NCBI RefSeq assembly: GCF_000142905.1
Contig: NW_013657629.1
Span: 222,274-286,273, forward strand
DNA length: 64,000 nt
Direction: 5' to 3'
Source: Thecamonas trahens ATCC 50062
Lineage: Eukaryota; Protista; Apusomonadida
Shown here: positions 29,794-41,300 of the stretch, piece by piece
Layout of the letters: each line of letters starts with the position of its first letter
How positions within the stretch are numbered: the first letter of the stretch is position 1
Made by a program: the position numbers and the translations under genes
The notes under the pieces: model-generated
Told to the model about the DNA's origin: nothing
Seen by the model: the letters and a program-made list of their open reading frames with translations, nothing else
The model's database searches: none

Positions 29794-32700
29794 ATGACGT
29801 CAGAGCGGCCAGCATGGCTGGAGGACTTGATGGCGGGGCTTTCGCCGCCCAAGGCCGTAGCGGTGCGGGGCGAGAGGATGCGTGTGTGTGTGTTGGATGA
29901 GGATGTGAGGGGGGAAGAGGGGGACGAGAAAGCGAAGCGAGCTGTGATCAGATCAAGCGAAATGGCCAAAATCCGGAAAAAGCCGCAGTTTGTGGCGGCG
30001 GCGTCGGTCAATAACGCGCAAGGCCGGTGGAGCTCGCGAGCAAGTGCGGCTCTGGCGGGAGCAACAGTGGCAAACGATCCACAGAGTGTGGCGCTGGTGG
30101 CAACAAGCACGGTGACCGGTGAGCTGGGGGAGAGCGTTGCGCGGCTATTTCCATTTGCGACGTTTAACGCGATGCAGTCGCAGTGTCTCGAAGCGTGGTA
30201 CGGAGACGGATCGATGGTTGTGTCTGCGCCGACGGGGTCGGGCAAGACTGCGGTGTTTGATCTTGCGGTGCTGCGTGTAGTAGTGGGGTGGCGGAGTGGG
30301 AGTGGCTGCGGCGGCCCGCCGCCGGTAGCGGTGTACGTGGCGCCGACCAAGGCGCTGGTCCGCGAGCGGGTGAGGGCGTGGAGGGCCGGGCTGGCCGGAC
30401 TAGCGACGGTGGTGGAGGTGTCGTCGGATGGAGGCGGGGCCGGGGGAGGGAGCTTCCACAGCATGCTGGATCGGGGCGTGCGGTCGAGCGAGCGGGCGAT
30501 TGTGGTTGTGGCGACGCCAGAAAAGTGGGAGATGTACACGCGAAAGAGGAGCGCGACGGTGTGCAGGCTCGAGGAGCGGCTTGTGCTCGCGATGCTAGAC
30601 GAGGTGCACATGGTGGGCGACAGCGGACGCGGTGCTGTGCTCGAGGTTGTTGTCTCGCGGTTCAAGATGTGCGGCGGCGCGTGTGGGCGCGGTGTGCGGT
30701 TTGTGGCAGCGTCTGCGACGATTCCCAACGTGGGCGAGGTCGGGGCGTGGCTCGGGGTCTCGTCCAGCGGGGTGCTCGCATTTCCGGCGAGCTACCGGCC
30801 TGTGCCGCTTGAGCTTGTAGTGCTAGGGACGCGTGTGGGGAACCGGTCGGGATTCATGTTTGAGCGGTCGCTCAACTACCGGGTGTTTGAGGTGCTGATG
30901 GCGCACGGGCAGCGGCGGAGAGTGTCTGCGGGCGGCGGCATGCTGCCGACGCTCATCTTTTGCTCGTCGCGGAGCGGGGCGGCGGCGACTGCCAAGCACC
31001 TTGTGACGCACGACTTGGGCAGCGGCGGGGTGCTCGCGGGTGGTGCGCGCGGGGCGGCGCAGCGGGCGGCGCTGGACGCGGCGGCCGAGCGGGTGGGATC
31101 GGCGGCGCTGGGCGCGGTGCTCCCGCTCGGGGTCGGGTTCCACAACGCTGGGCTAAGCGCGAGCGACCGGGCGACGGTGGAGGCACTGTTCCTGAGCTCT
31201 GAGCTCCCGATTTTGTGTTCGACAACGACGCTTGCGCTTGGGGTGAACCTGCCGGCAGCGACGGTGGTGATCAAGTCAACGCAGCGGTACGTTGGTGGGG
31301 CGTACGCCGAGTACTCTGCAATGGAGATGCTGCAGATGGTGGGGCGGGCGGGGCGGCCCGGGTTTGCGGTGCAGGGCGAGAGCGCGACGGCGGTGGTGCT
31401 GACGGCCAACGAGAACGTGGGCCGGTACCGGCGGCTGGAGACCGGACACATGGCGCTTGTGTCGCAGCTGGAGGCGCGGCTGCCCGAGGTGATCAACACC
31501 GAGATTGTGCTCGGGCGGATCCGCGACGAGGCGAGCGGGGAGGCGTGGCTCCAGTCGACGTTTTTCCACGTCTCGCAGCTTGCAAGCGGAGCGAGCGCGG
31601 GGTACGACAGCGTCGTGGCGCCGTGCGTGGCGGAGCTAGCGAAAGCCGGGCTGGTGCGTGTGTGCGGCGACGGGCGGGTGGAGGCGTGTCCGGGCGGGCG
31701 ATTCATGTCTGCGTTTGGCATGCGGTTTGCGACGATGGTGCAGTTTGACGGCCTAGGCGGGGAGAGCGGGATGGAGGAGGTGCTTGCGGCGCTGTCACAG
31801 GCACGCGAGCTCGAAGAGGTGCTCCTGCGGCGAAACGAGAAGCGGGTACTGGCGAAGCTGAATCTGGCGCGTGCGAGCAGCGGGGACGAGCTGCCGCATC
31901 CGCTCGTGACGCGCAAGCGCGGACAGAGCGGCGGACGCGGACGGCGTGAGCGGACGATCCGGTCCGAGGCCGACAAGGTCAACGTACTGTGGCAGGCGGC
32001 GCTGAGTGGGGTCAAGATCGAAGCGCCGGGCCTGGCGCAGGAGGCGCACCGACTGGTGCAGATCGGGGCGCGGCTGTCGCGGGCGCTGGTGCAGGTGCTT
32101 GTGCTCAAACTCGGGCGCGGGGGCGGACGCGGTGTCTGCGGGTGGTGCGGGCAGCAGTGCTTGTGGCCAAGTCGTTCAAGGCCGGGCTGTGGCACTCGAG
32201 CGGACTGGGCGCGCGCCAGCTTGACGGAGTGGGCATCCAGCTTGCGCGCAAGCTGCGCGAGGCCGGACTGGGCGGCGTGGCCGAGGTAGCCGCAGCTGTG
32301 CCCGGGCGACTCGAGTCTGTGTGCACGCGGCGGGCACCTTTTGGCGCCAAGCTGCGCAGTCAGGCAGCAGCGCTGGTGGAGGGCCACCGGGTGCGGGTGC
32401 AGGCGCGGGTGAGCGCGCTGCGGAGCGGGACAGGGCTTGCCGGGTGGGCCATCGAGCTTGTGGCCGAGTGGCCCGGATGGGCGGTGGGGAGCGATGCCAA
32501 GGCGACGCTCCTTGCCGGCATTGTGGAGACGAACGACGTGGTGGTGCTCGAGGCGGTGCAGGGGAACGAGCGGGTGGTGAGCGTGACGTACTCTGTGGAC
32601 GAGGCAGCAGCAGCAGGCGCGGGGAGCGGAAGCAAGATGACAATGGCGGTCTCATTCATCTCGCATGAGGTGGTCGGGGTCGACGCGGACATACGGGTGC

Positions 32701-32990
32701 CACTCGGGGTCATGCCCGGGGCGCGGAGCGAGAGCGCTGGCGGGAGCATGGGGCGCGAGCTGCACGTGCAGCGGCGGCGGAAGCGGGTGACGGCCGAGGT
32801 GGGCGAGGGCAGCCGGGCGAGCAAGCGAGTCAAGAGCGGCGGCAAAGGTGATGCGGGTAGCAGCGAAGGGAGGCACTCGTTCCGGCACTCGTTCCAGGTG
32901 CCGGCCATGCCGCGCGGGCTGCGCGAGATGGTGCGAGCACCGCCGCCGACGCGAGCGCATCCAGCGGCGATGCGAAGCGTACCGCGGTAG
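29794..32990 (+). CDS. HFM1: MER3/HFM1 meiotic Ski2-like DExH helicase with Sec63 region; frameshift at ~32119-32123
   Basis: FNAMQSQC, SAPTGSGKTAVFDLA, ATPEKWE, DEVH, SATIPN, YRPVPL, STTTLALGVNLPA, MLQMVGRAGRPGF. The second ORF continues VAKSFKAGLW..RQLDGVGIQLA (Sec63). Start uncertain. Confidence 0.88.
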
Positions 32991-32994
32991 CAGC

Positions 32995-33877
32995 TTAGGG
33001 AGAGTCGCGATCGGGCAAAGGTTTGCCGTCGCGGATCCAGGCGACGTAGTCGTCGAGGAGGACGGGCCAGGCAGCGTCGTGGTCGTAGTCTGTGAGAGCG
33101 TCTGGCGTCGGGGCATAGGTGCAAGCAAACTCGAGGAAGGAACACCACTGGTCGCGGTTAATGCCGCGGTACTCAGACTGTGCAGCAAGAAAGGTGGTGA
33201 ACGGGTCGAGGTGTGGGTGGCTTGCGAGAAAGAGGACGCGGAGCATGAGGACGGCGGCGTCGAGATGGAGCGATCGCTGGCCGGGCTCACAGGCAAAGCC
33301 AAAGGCGTACTCGTAGACGTCAGTAAAGACGTCCGGCGAGGCACGAGCAGCACTCACAAGGTCGGGAAGAGCGGATGCGGCCCAGTGAGCAAGGCTGTCC
33401 AGCGGGGGGAGGAGGGAGCGGGAGCATAGCCCATAGCGATCATACCGGCCACAAACTCGTCCCGCGAGAAGAAGCCCATGCGGGCAGCATTCATGGCATG
33501 AGCAATGACGAGAACCGCAAAGTCATCCGGTGTCCTCTTGATGGTCTCGCAGAAGAAGGAGACACCAAACGGGCCGAGTTCGTCAGAGCTGTCGCCGCCA
33601 GGAGAGGGGGGCGACCGAGGCTCATCGGCATCGGTGTCGTGGGCCAGGAGGGCATCGAAGAGTGCGTTCGCAGCAACGGATTGGGAGTGGTGTGTGTGTG
33701 TGTGTGTAGGTGTAGGTTCGGGCGTGTGTGTGTGTGTGGGCGTGGAGGACGTGGGTGACTGTGGTGTCCGCGGGGGTTTGGAGGAGGCCTTGCCTGCGCA
33801 GGTGAAGGGGGGGGGTGAGTTGGAGGGTGGTGGGGTGAGGGGGTGAGGGGGTGAGGGGGGCGGGGAGACGTACCCAT
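32995..33877 (-). CDS. DCN1-like (DCUN1D) neddylation co-E3; micro-exon ATG-G, intron 33794-33873, frameshift at ~33404-33409
   Basis: PONY/cullin-binding motifs VLVIAHAMNAARMGFFSRDEF, VYEYAFGFA, GINRDQW, YDHDAAWPVLLDDYV. Splicing GTACGT...GCAG gives MGKASSK. Adding one C gives LDSLAHWAASALPDL, which links the two ORFs. Confidence 0.85.
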
Positions 33878-34192
33878 ATATATATATAATTAGATGTGTG
33901 AGGAGGAGATGATACGGGGTAGGGAGAAGAGGAGTATGTGTTTGGTCCGGGTGGCGGTGGGGTTGTGTGTGTGTGGGAGGGGGGGGGGGGGGGGGGGTGG
34001 GGGGGGTGGGGGAACACCGGTTCGACAGGCGACGGTGAGCGGTGGCAGGCGGCGGTGAGTGGTGGACTTGGGCGTGGGCAGAGGTCACACCCAACTCTCC
34101 CAAGGCCCCAACACATTTGGTGACTGGCTGGGTAGTTGGCTGGATTCCTGGGTGGCATTCGGTTGCTTGTCGTTGGCTGTCGCAAGAGGACC

Positions 34193-34693
34193 ATGAACGG
34201 GCGGAAGAAGCGCGGGGGCGTGTCGAGCCTGGCAACGGCGGTGGCGGGGCTGACGGAGCGGCAGAAGAAGGAGATCCGCGAGGCGTTTGACTTGTTCGAC
34301 TCGGACCTTTCTGGAGACATTGATCGGAACGAACTGGATGTGGCTATCCGGGCGCTGGGCTTTGATCCAAACTCAAAGCGGATCGAGACCATGGTGGCGC
34401 ACATTGATCAGGACGGCAACGGGTGCATCGAGTTCTTTGAGTTCCAGAAGATGATGGCGGTGCTGATGCGCGAGACCGACTCGGACGCGACGCTGCTCGA
34501 GGCCTTTACCGAGTTTGATGTCGATGGCAAAGGCAAGATCACGTTTAAGAACATCAAAGCCATTGCGGCCGAGATCGAGGTCGACATCGAGGACGACGAG
34601 ATCTACCAGATTCTCGAGGTGGCGACCGGCGATCCGCTCGGCGCCATCGCCTGGACCGACTTTGCGCGGATGATGAAGAAAGCGACGCGGTGA
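34193..34693 (+). CDS. Centrin-like EF-hand protein (166 aa)
   Basis: [51 protein letters not shown]-terminus. The fourth EF-hand is degenerate. Confidence 0.88.
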   Translation: MNGRKKRGGVSSLATAVAGLTERQKKEIREAFDLFDSDLSGDIDRNELDVAIRALGFDPNSKRIETMVAHIDQDGNGCIEFFEFQKMMAVLMRETDSDATLLEAFTEFDVDGKGKITFKNIKAIAAEIEVDIEDDEIYQILEVATGDPLGAIAWTDFARMMKKATR

Positions 34694-34710
34694 GGTGGCA
34701 GATGCGGGGA

Positions 34711-37314
34711 CTATGCGTCGTCGTCGTGCGGCATACGCTGGAAGAGGGCATGGTCGAATGCACCGGTGACGGTCGGCTTGGGCGAAGCAGTGCCACACGA
34801 GTACGGCATGATCCATCGGTCGATGACTGACTCGCGCTCGGCAGTCTCACGCGATGACGACGGGACGCGGTAGCCGCTGTGGGCAGGGCGGATAGCTGAG
34901 GGTCTCCAGCGCGGCGCGCGCGGCCAGACCGAGCGCGGGCCGGGCCGTCGAGCCGCGTCCGAGTCCGAGTCGGAGCAGGAGGTCTCGGACGAGAGCGTGC
35001 TGCCTGAGTTGCGGAGCGCAAGCTTGGCGTAGGCGGCAAGGCTGGCGACAGTGTCGGCAAGTAGGGCCGGAAAGTAGGCGTTGAATGGGTAGCCAAGCTC
35101 GGTGACGGCGTCGTCGAAGCGGGCATCCTGCGCTTCCGACTGGCCCGGCAGCTCGGCACGGAGCTCGGCGCGGAGCTCGTTGTGGTGGCTCACGACGGTC
35201 GAGAGAGTGACCTCGATGTCTGCTGCAAGCGTCTGCATCTCCGAGTCCCAGTCCTCGCCAGGTACCACTACGACCTTGTGGTCGTGGACCGAGTAGACGA
35301 CAAGGATGCCGTGGTTCCACTCCTCGTAGCCGAGGCGCCAGTTGTTGAACATGCCGCGTGCGTAGCGGGCGAAGCGGCCCTTGAGCTTGTCGCGGTTGAC
35401 GACTCGGAGGAGAGTGACGAGGACAATCGGGGCGCGGACGGTGTCAAAGACGTCGCGGAGGCGAGTCTCGAGTGAGACCGTGGCGCGCGGGCCAAAGACC
35501 CGCGCGTGGTCGACGACCATCTGGTAGTACACGCCCTGAATGGGGAGCGGCGGAAAGAGACCCCACCCGCCGCGGGCGTCAACGCATGCCTGGCATGGGC
35601 AAGGGCGTGGCTCACCGCCGCTGCGAGTTCTGCGGCTCTTCCGTCTGCTGCGCCGGAACGACCGATAACCGAGAACGGCTTCGGGTGAGATGGCATACTT
35701 CATGCCGCCCTTGCTTAACATGGCGACGTCAACCAGCGTGGTGCGGATCTTGTCAATGGCGGCGAGGAGGACGGCTTCGAACCGGTCACTGGCCGAGTCA
35801 AACTCGTCCGGGAACTCGCCGCCGATCATGACCGACCGGTCAAAGCTGCCCTTATCCGAGCTGGAGGTGTACGAGCTCGTCGACGAGTCGACCGACGTCG
35901 ACCCGGACTCCTCTTCCTCCTGCTCTGAGCAGCTCCCTTCGTCCATTGTGGCCGTAGTTGAGGTTTGGGCACCAGTCATCGAGCTCTCTGACATACCCCA
36001 GCGGGCGGATGCGAGGGTGGCTGAGGCGCGCGGGCGCGGGGCGGGCATTGAGGCAGCGCGGCGGTACTCGCTGACGTCATCGTGGAGCGGAACGGCAAAA
36101 CCAGAGGTAACGACGGGAGTGATGACTCGCGAGACAAGGTTGTCGATGAGAGTGTAGTTGCCCGGAGCGTCGCCCCAGGAGCGGCCGACGACGACATCGA
36201 GGAGCCACACACTGTCGTCGCCGCTGGTGACGTCGGCGAGCGAGCCACGTGCGCGCCAGAGTACAATCAGAATGCCCGAGTCCCAGCCATGCGCGCCACC
36301 GATGCCCCACTCGGCAAAGACCGAGTTGGCGTAGTGCCGGAGCTTGTCAGTCACGTCCGGCGAGGCCCAAATGGCGTCGTCGAGGCCTGCAGCAATGAGC
36401 TCCGGCTTGTGCGCCGCGGTGGCATGGCGAGTGCTGAGCCCAGTGGGCGAGAGCCAGCGAGCGGCATGGGTCGGCGCCGTCGAGTCGCGCGAGCGCTTGC
36501 GTCGCGACTCGCTGCGGACCGCATCGCCGGCAGCCATGGCCTCGTTGGCGATGTGGGTACAGACAGTCCGAGTCGAGTCGCGGTAGCGGTCGGACAAGTG
36601 TCGGAAGGTGGCCGGGCTCAGGCTCTTGCGCTTGCGAGCCGCGCGCTCCACCGCCACCTCGCACCCGTAGTCCCAGCGAACCCAATCACGGGCTACGAGC
36701 TGGTCCTCACGGAGCTCGTCATCCGAATAACGCGGCAGCTTGTCGACGGTCGAGCGCGGGAGCGCAGTCACGTACTTGCCAAGCTCGCGCTCGTCTTCAA
36801 ACTCGCTGAGCAGGTAGTGATCGGGCGGCAGGTTGCCGGTGTCGCGGGCGAGGGCGAGCTCGACCCGCTCGCGCACGCCATCGAGCCATGCTTCCTGTTC
36901 TTCGAACGATTCGCCAAGCGTGACGCCCGCCACAGCCATGATCGGTACGCCGGTGTGGTGGAAGAGCTCGCGGGCGACGTCGTTGACCGATTCCCGGACC
37001 CGGGCCGGGACCAGCTCGCTCAGCAACGGGTCGACGACCAGAAACTCCGAGCCGTCATCCCGCGGCGGCGGTGGGATATAGATCGGGACTGACTCGCCGC
37101 GCGATGACGGCGAGGCTGGCGGCGGTTGCCAGCTCTGTGTCGATGATCGAAGGACCTCCGTCTTGGTACTCGAAGCACGCGGGAGAACCGCAGGCTTGCG
37201 GTATGTGTGCCCAGTGCCCTTTCCCATGGTTCGCGGTGGAAAAGCCCACTCGGGCGAGACCGGGCCGGCCCGGACCAGCTCTGGACCCCGTTCGAACGAC
37301 GGCGTAGAACCCAT
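34711..37314 (-). CDS. Protein with two TPM (TLP18.3/Psb32/MOLO-1) domains
   Basis: VVDHARVF...PIVLVTL...YARGMFNNWRLGYEEWNHGILVVYSVHDHKVVVVPG, and an earlier YANSVFAEWGIG...DSGILIVL. Confidence 0.72.
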   Translation of the reverse strand: MGSTPSFERGPELVRAGPVSPEWAFPPRTMGKGTGHTYRKPAVLPRASSTKTEVLRSSTQSWQPPPASPSSRGESVPIYIPPPPRDDGSEFLVVDPLLSELVPARVRESVNDVARELFHHTGVPIMAVAGVTLGESFEEQEAWLDGVRERVELALARDTGNLPPDHYLLSEFEDERELGKYVTALPRSTVDKLPRYSDDELREDQLVARDWVRWDYGCEVAVERAARKRKSLSPATFRHLSDRYRDSTRTVCTHIANEAMAAGDAVRSESRRKRSRDSTAPTHAARWLSPTGLSTRHATAAHKPELIAAGLDDAIWASPDVTDKLRHYANSVFAEWGIGGAHGWDSGILIVLWRARGSLADVTSGDDSVWLLDVVVGRSWGDAPGNYTLIDNLVSRVITPVVTSGFAVPLHDDVSEYRRAASMPAPRPRASATLASARWGMSESSMTGAQTSTTATMDEGSCSEQEEEESGSTSVDSSTSSYTSSSDKGSFDRSVMIGGEFPDEFDSASDRFEAVLLAAIDKIRTTLVDVAMLSKGGMKYAISPEAVLGYRSFRRSRRKSRRTRSGGEPRPCPCQACVDARGGWGLFPPLPIQGVYYQMVVDHARVFGPRATVSLETRLRDVFDTVRAPIVLVTLLRVVNRDKLKGRFARYARGMFNNWRLGYEEWNHGILVVYSVHDHKVVVVPGEDWDSEMQTLAADIEVTLSTVVSHHNELRAELRAELPGQSEAQDARFDDAVTELGYPFNAYFPALLADTVASLAAYAKLALRNSGSTLSSETSCSDSDSDAARRPGPRSVWPRAPRWRPSAIRPAHSGYRVPSSSRETAERESVIDRWIMPYSCGTASPKPTVTGAFDHALFQRMPHDDDA

Positions 37315-38239
37315 GGCTGTTACGGCAGAGACGGAGAGATATAGAGAGCGTTAGGGAAGGAGAGAGGGATAGGGTATGGGTGGGAGTTGGCGACGAGGGT
37401 TGACGGTCGAGTAAAGGCGGGTGAAGTCAAGCGTAGAAGTATTCTGTGGCGTGTCTGTGATATGGTCAGAAAAACGTTTCCAATCCATTCAGCGGTTCAA
37501 AAGAGCGTTGTCGAGCCGACAGGGGAGAGTCGTTGACCGTCCGTTGTGCGCTCATGGCCGCTTCTTTCTTCAATTGAACGGGACAATGCAAGTGTGTAGA
37601 TTGAGGGCTATCATCCAGTGTACATGTTGTGCATGAGGGTTGCTGCTTGGGTGTGTGTCAAGGAGGCTGCCGATAAATTGCCCTGCGCAACGTTTCCAAC
37701 GTTGACCCGATGACGTATGAGTCGTCACGTTTGACCAGATGCGGAACAAGGCGCGTTTGTTCCGTGCAATTTTGTGCGGGCCATTCATGGCGACCCTCTC
37801 GCATGAGAGTGAAACACTCTATTTACACTTGCCTCTCATTGTCACCACACTCTCTACCTTCCACTTTCACCCCTTTACCTACACCACTCCCCCCCACTTG
37901 CCCTCCCCCCCCTCCCTCTCCCCAAAAGTGCGTATGACTTTGCCGTGGGCGGTGCGGCAAGTCTGTGAAGCTTCATTAATTATTATGGCGTTGACTAGTG
38001 TTATGTGTGTGTGACTGGTCTCTCTCCCCCCCCCCCGNNNNNNNNNNNNNNNNNNNNNNNNNNNNNNNNNNNNNNNNNNNNNNNNNNNNNNNNNNNNNNN
38101 NNNNNNNNNNNNNNNNNNNNNNNNNNNNNNNNNNNNNNNNNNNNNNNNNNNNNNNNNNNNNNNNNNNNNNNNNNNNNNNNNNNNNNNNNNNNNNNNNNNG
38201 TCTCTCCCCCCTCCCCCCCCCCCCCCCCCCTTCCCCAGT

Positions 38240-38348
38240 TGTGTGTGTGTGTGTATGTGTGTGTGTGCACTCATGTGGTTCTGACTGTTTACGCGCGCGC
38301 GCGTGTATGTATGTATGTATGTGTGTGTGTATGTGTGTGTGTGTGTGT
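38240..38348. repeat. Imperfect (GT)n microsatellite, likely intronic
   Basis: Visible; followed by a CACAG acceptor-like site at 38359. Confidence 0.85.
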
Positions 38349-38376
38349 TTGTGGCACAGTGGTGCGAGGCAAGATC

Positions 38377-41300
38377 ATGATAGTAGCTGTGATTGGCGTG
38401 GTGGTCCTTGCAACGCTGGCAACAGCTCAGCCTGTGCCGAATTTTATGTCAAAGTCCGACAACGAGCGAGTGCTCGTGGATGCCAGCTTTGGCTTCAAGG
38501 GCGAGTTTGATGCCTCGCCTGGCTCGGCCGAGGGCTACGGTCCGTTTTTGGACATAATGTTCCCGCCGTCGATTGATGCGAGTGGTGCGTCGTTCACCAC
38601 GCCGCCTATTCCGGGGCGGCCGGTCTCGTTGTTTGAGCTCACGGCGGAGAGCCCGTGCATTACCCACCCTTTCCACCAGACGGCGCCAGGCGTGTACCGC
38701 GAGATCTGCGGCGAAGCCGGAGCGACGTTTGTTACCTTTACGCTTCCCTTTGCGTCGTTTTTCCCATCGCAGCCTGCGGTGGCGATCCAGGCGGACGGGC
38801 TCAAGTTCCGTGATCCTGAGGTGACGGCGGTCATCGAGGAGGTCGTAGCAATCAACGTCACGTCGTACTTTAGATACGGCGCGACAGCGGCCGACGACGT
38901 GGCAACCGATCCGGTCATTGGTCCGGGCTTTGACGTGTGGTACATCACGCCTGCGGTGTACACGCTCACGTCCAAGGTGGGCGCCAACCCTCCGGTGGGA
39001 CCGTCGTTCCCGCACAAGCTCGAGGTGGAGGTCGACATTGCGGACGGCTACACGTTGACATCGATCGCCATCGACCAGCTCTTCCTTCCGGCACCCGGCC
39101 TTGTCGACATTACTGGCTCGGCAGTGACGGTTGGTACTGGCGGTATGTCGCTGCCGGCGGCGGTGGGCCCGGGTACGAGGCGACAACCATCCAGTTTACG
39201 CAGGCGTCGGCAACAGGCACAGTGGCCGACAAAGACCTCGCCTTTGAGGTCGACTTTTACTTTCCGTGCACGGAACTCCGTGCGAGCGCGCCGCTCCTTG
39301 ATCCGATCACCGGCGTGTCGCGGACGTTTCCGCTCAATACCACTCAGCTTTCCGGCTTTGTGACCATCAATGGGACGGTTGCCGCCACAAGCGCGAGCTC
39401 TGAGCCGGGCTCGCTGCTCAAGACGCCGTTCACCTTTGGCCACACGAAGGCCGAGATTGTGGAGAACGTTGGGCTCGATGGGTACTCGCCCGGCGATGTG
39501 GTCGAGTACACGCTGCCCATGGTAGTCTCGGATTGCTACGCCTTTGACGCTCTCGTCTTTACCGAAACTATGCCCGATGGGCAAACGTTTCTGCAGGAGG
39601 CGACGACACCTGGTCGCGGGCCGACGATCACGGGAGGCTCCGGACCGTTGACGGTCGGCAACAGCCTGCTTCAGGTCAACACGAGTGACGTCGGGTTTGA
39701 TACCGACACGTCGACGTCGGGCAGTACGATTATCACTTTCCATGTCTCGGATGCCATGCTGAATCTGGCGAGTGTGGCGGATGGCGTCCTGGTTGGACCG
39801 CTCGGCACGACGATTACCTTCTACGCGCTCATCAACGACAAGTTCACCGACTCGAGCCCGGGTCTCAACGACCCGATCCTGCATCTCCAGGTGCTCGAGA
39901 CGTCAGCGTCCATGGTGGGCAGGATTGTGGATCGCAGCGACACGTCGATCAAGTACAATACGCTCGCTGCGTCGGACGGGACCTCGCTCCAGATCGCGGT
40001 GGGCAGTGTCGAACTAGACATCATTGGCATCGACGGTGTGGTCTGTGATCCACTCCCGTGCGTCAAGGGCTTCAAGCCGCTGCTACCGGTCACGTTCCGG
40101 ATGAGGTACACGCTTCCGTCGACCGACTTTGACTCTGTCCTCCTCGAGTCGTTTCTTCCGGTCCCGCTCTTTGACATCTCGGACGTCGACGCCAACATGC
40201 CGTCTGCGTTTGTAGAGGGATCTGGCCCGTCGGCAGACCTTCCTGCGCTCGGATTTTGCAAGTTTGGCTTTAACGACACCTTTTACGGCCTCGATGCACC
40301 GGCGACCAAGATTGTGCCGACTGTGACGACCAACGTGGCCACAAACCTCATCTCGTTCAACTACCCGTCACCGGGCTACAGCTCGCCGATGAATAACTTT
40401 ACGACGATGGAGCTCTATTTCACGACTCGGATTACCGGGGCGCCGTACCCCGACGCTGACTTTATTGTGGTTCTCGGCCAGTCGACCGAGACCTCGTTTG
40501 CACTCTCGTCGGCGCAGTCGACCTCACAGCTCTCGGTGGAGCAGCCGCTCCTGGTCCTCACCACCGGCATTCTCGACACCAACTCAGCCGAGGCGTATGT
40601 GGCCGACGGCAATGGGGCCAAGCTTGCAGACGGCGTGACTCAAGCCGGACTGGCGCCGTTTGACTTTGCCCGCGCTGCATCGTCGCTCTGTCCGGCAGCC
40701 GTGGCGGTGAACACGTCGCGGGTGATGGCGGACCCGCTTGCCGGCGTGCAGGTCTACGACGTCGACGGTGGCGATCTGGTGGCGTTTTCGGCGGTTGTCC
40801 ACAACCGCGGGCGTGGCGACGCGTACGACGTTGTGCTCGGTGCCGATCTCCTCCCTGTTGTCTTTGAGGAGCCGTCGTTCGGACACACTCTGTGCGTGAC
40901 CGACGGCACCGGTAACCCGGTGCCGTATACGGGCTCGTTCTTCTCCACGACGCCGGGCATTACGCTCACCAACCCGATTCCAGCAGGCAAGGACTCTGAC
41001 GGAGCTGTCATTGACGACGGATCGAACATGGTGGTCGTTACTTACGTCCGCGCAGTGCCCGACAATGTTGTGGTTGGCGCCGTGGCCGGAACCACCGACG
41101 CTGCAGCCACGATCCCGGAGCGAGCCGAGGCAACACGGCTGCTCAATTATGCATCCGGGCCGGGCGGCGACAACTTTGTCGGCTCGCCCAACATTGCTGA
41201 TGCTGGTGCCCAGACCGACTCGCCGCCGATGTACGCGTCTGTGCGGACGACGACGACGCTCAACGTCGGTATCGCGAGCACAAACGTGGCGCCGGCGCAG

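Noticed and set aside
172-34693. Ciliary gene cluster (RPGRIP1L, ARMC4, centrin)
   Set aside because: Genes are 10-15 kb apart and interspersed with unrelated genes; no convincing X-box was found; plausible by chance in a flagellate.
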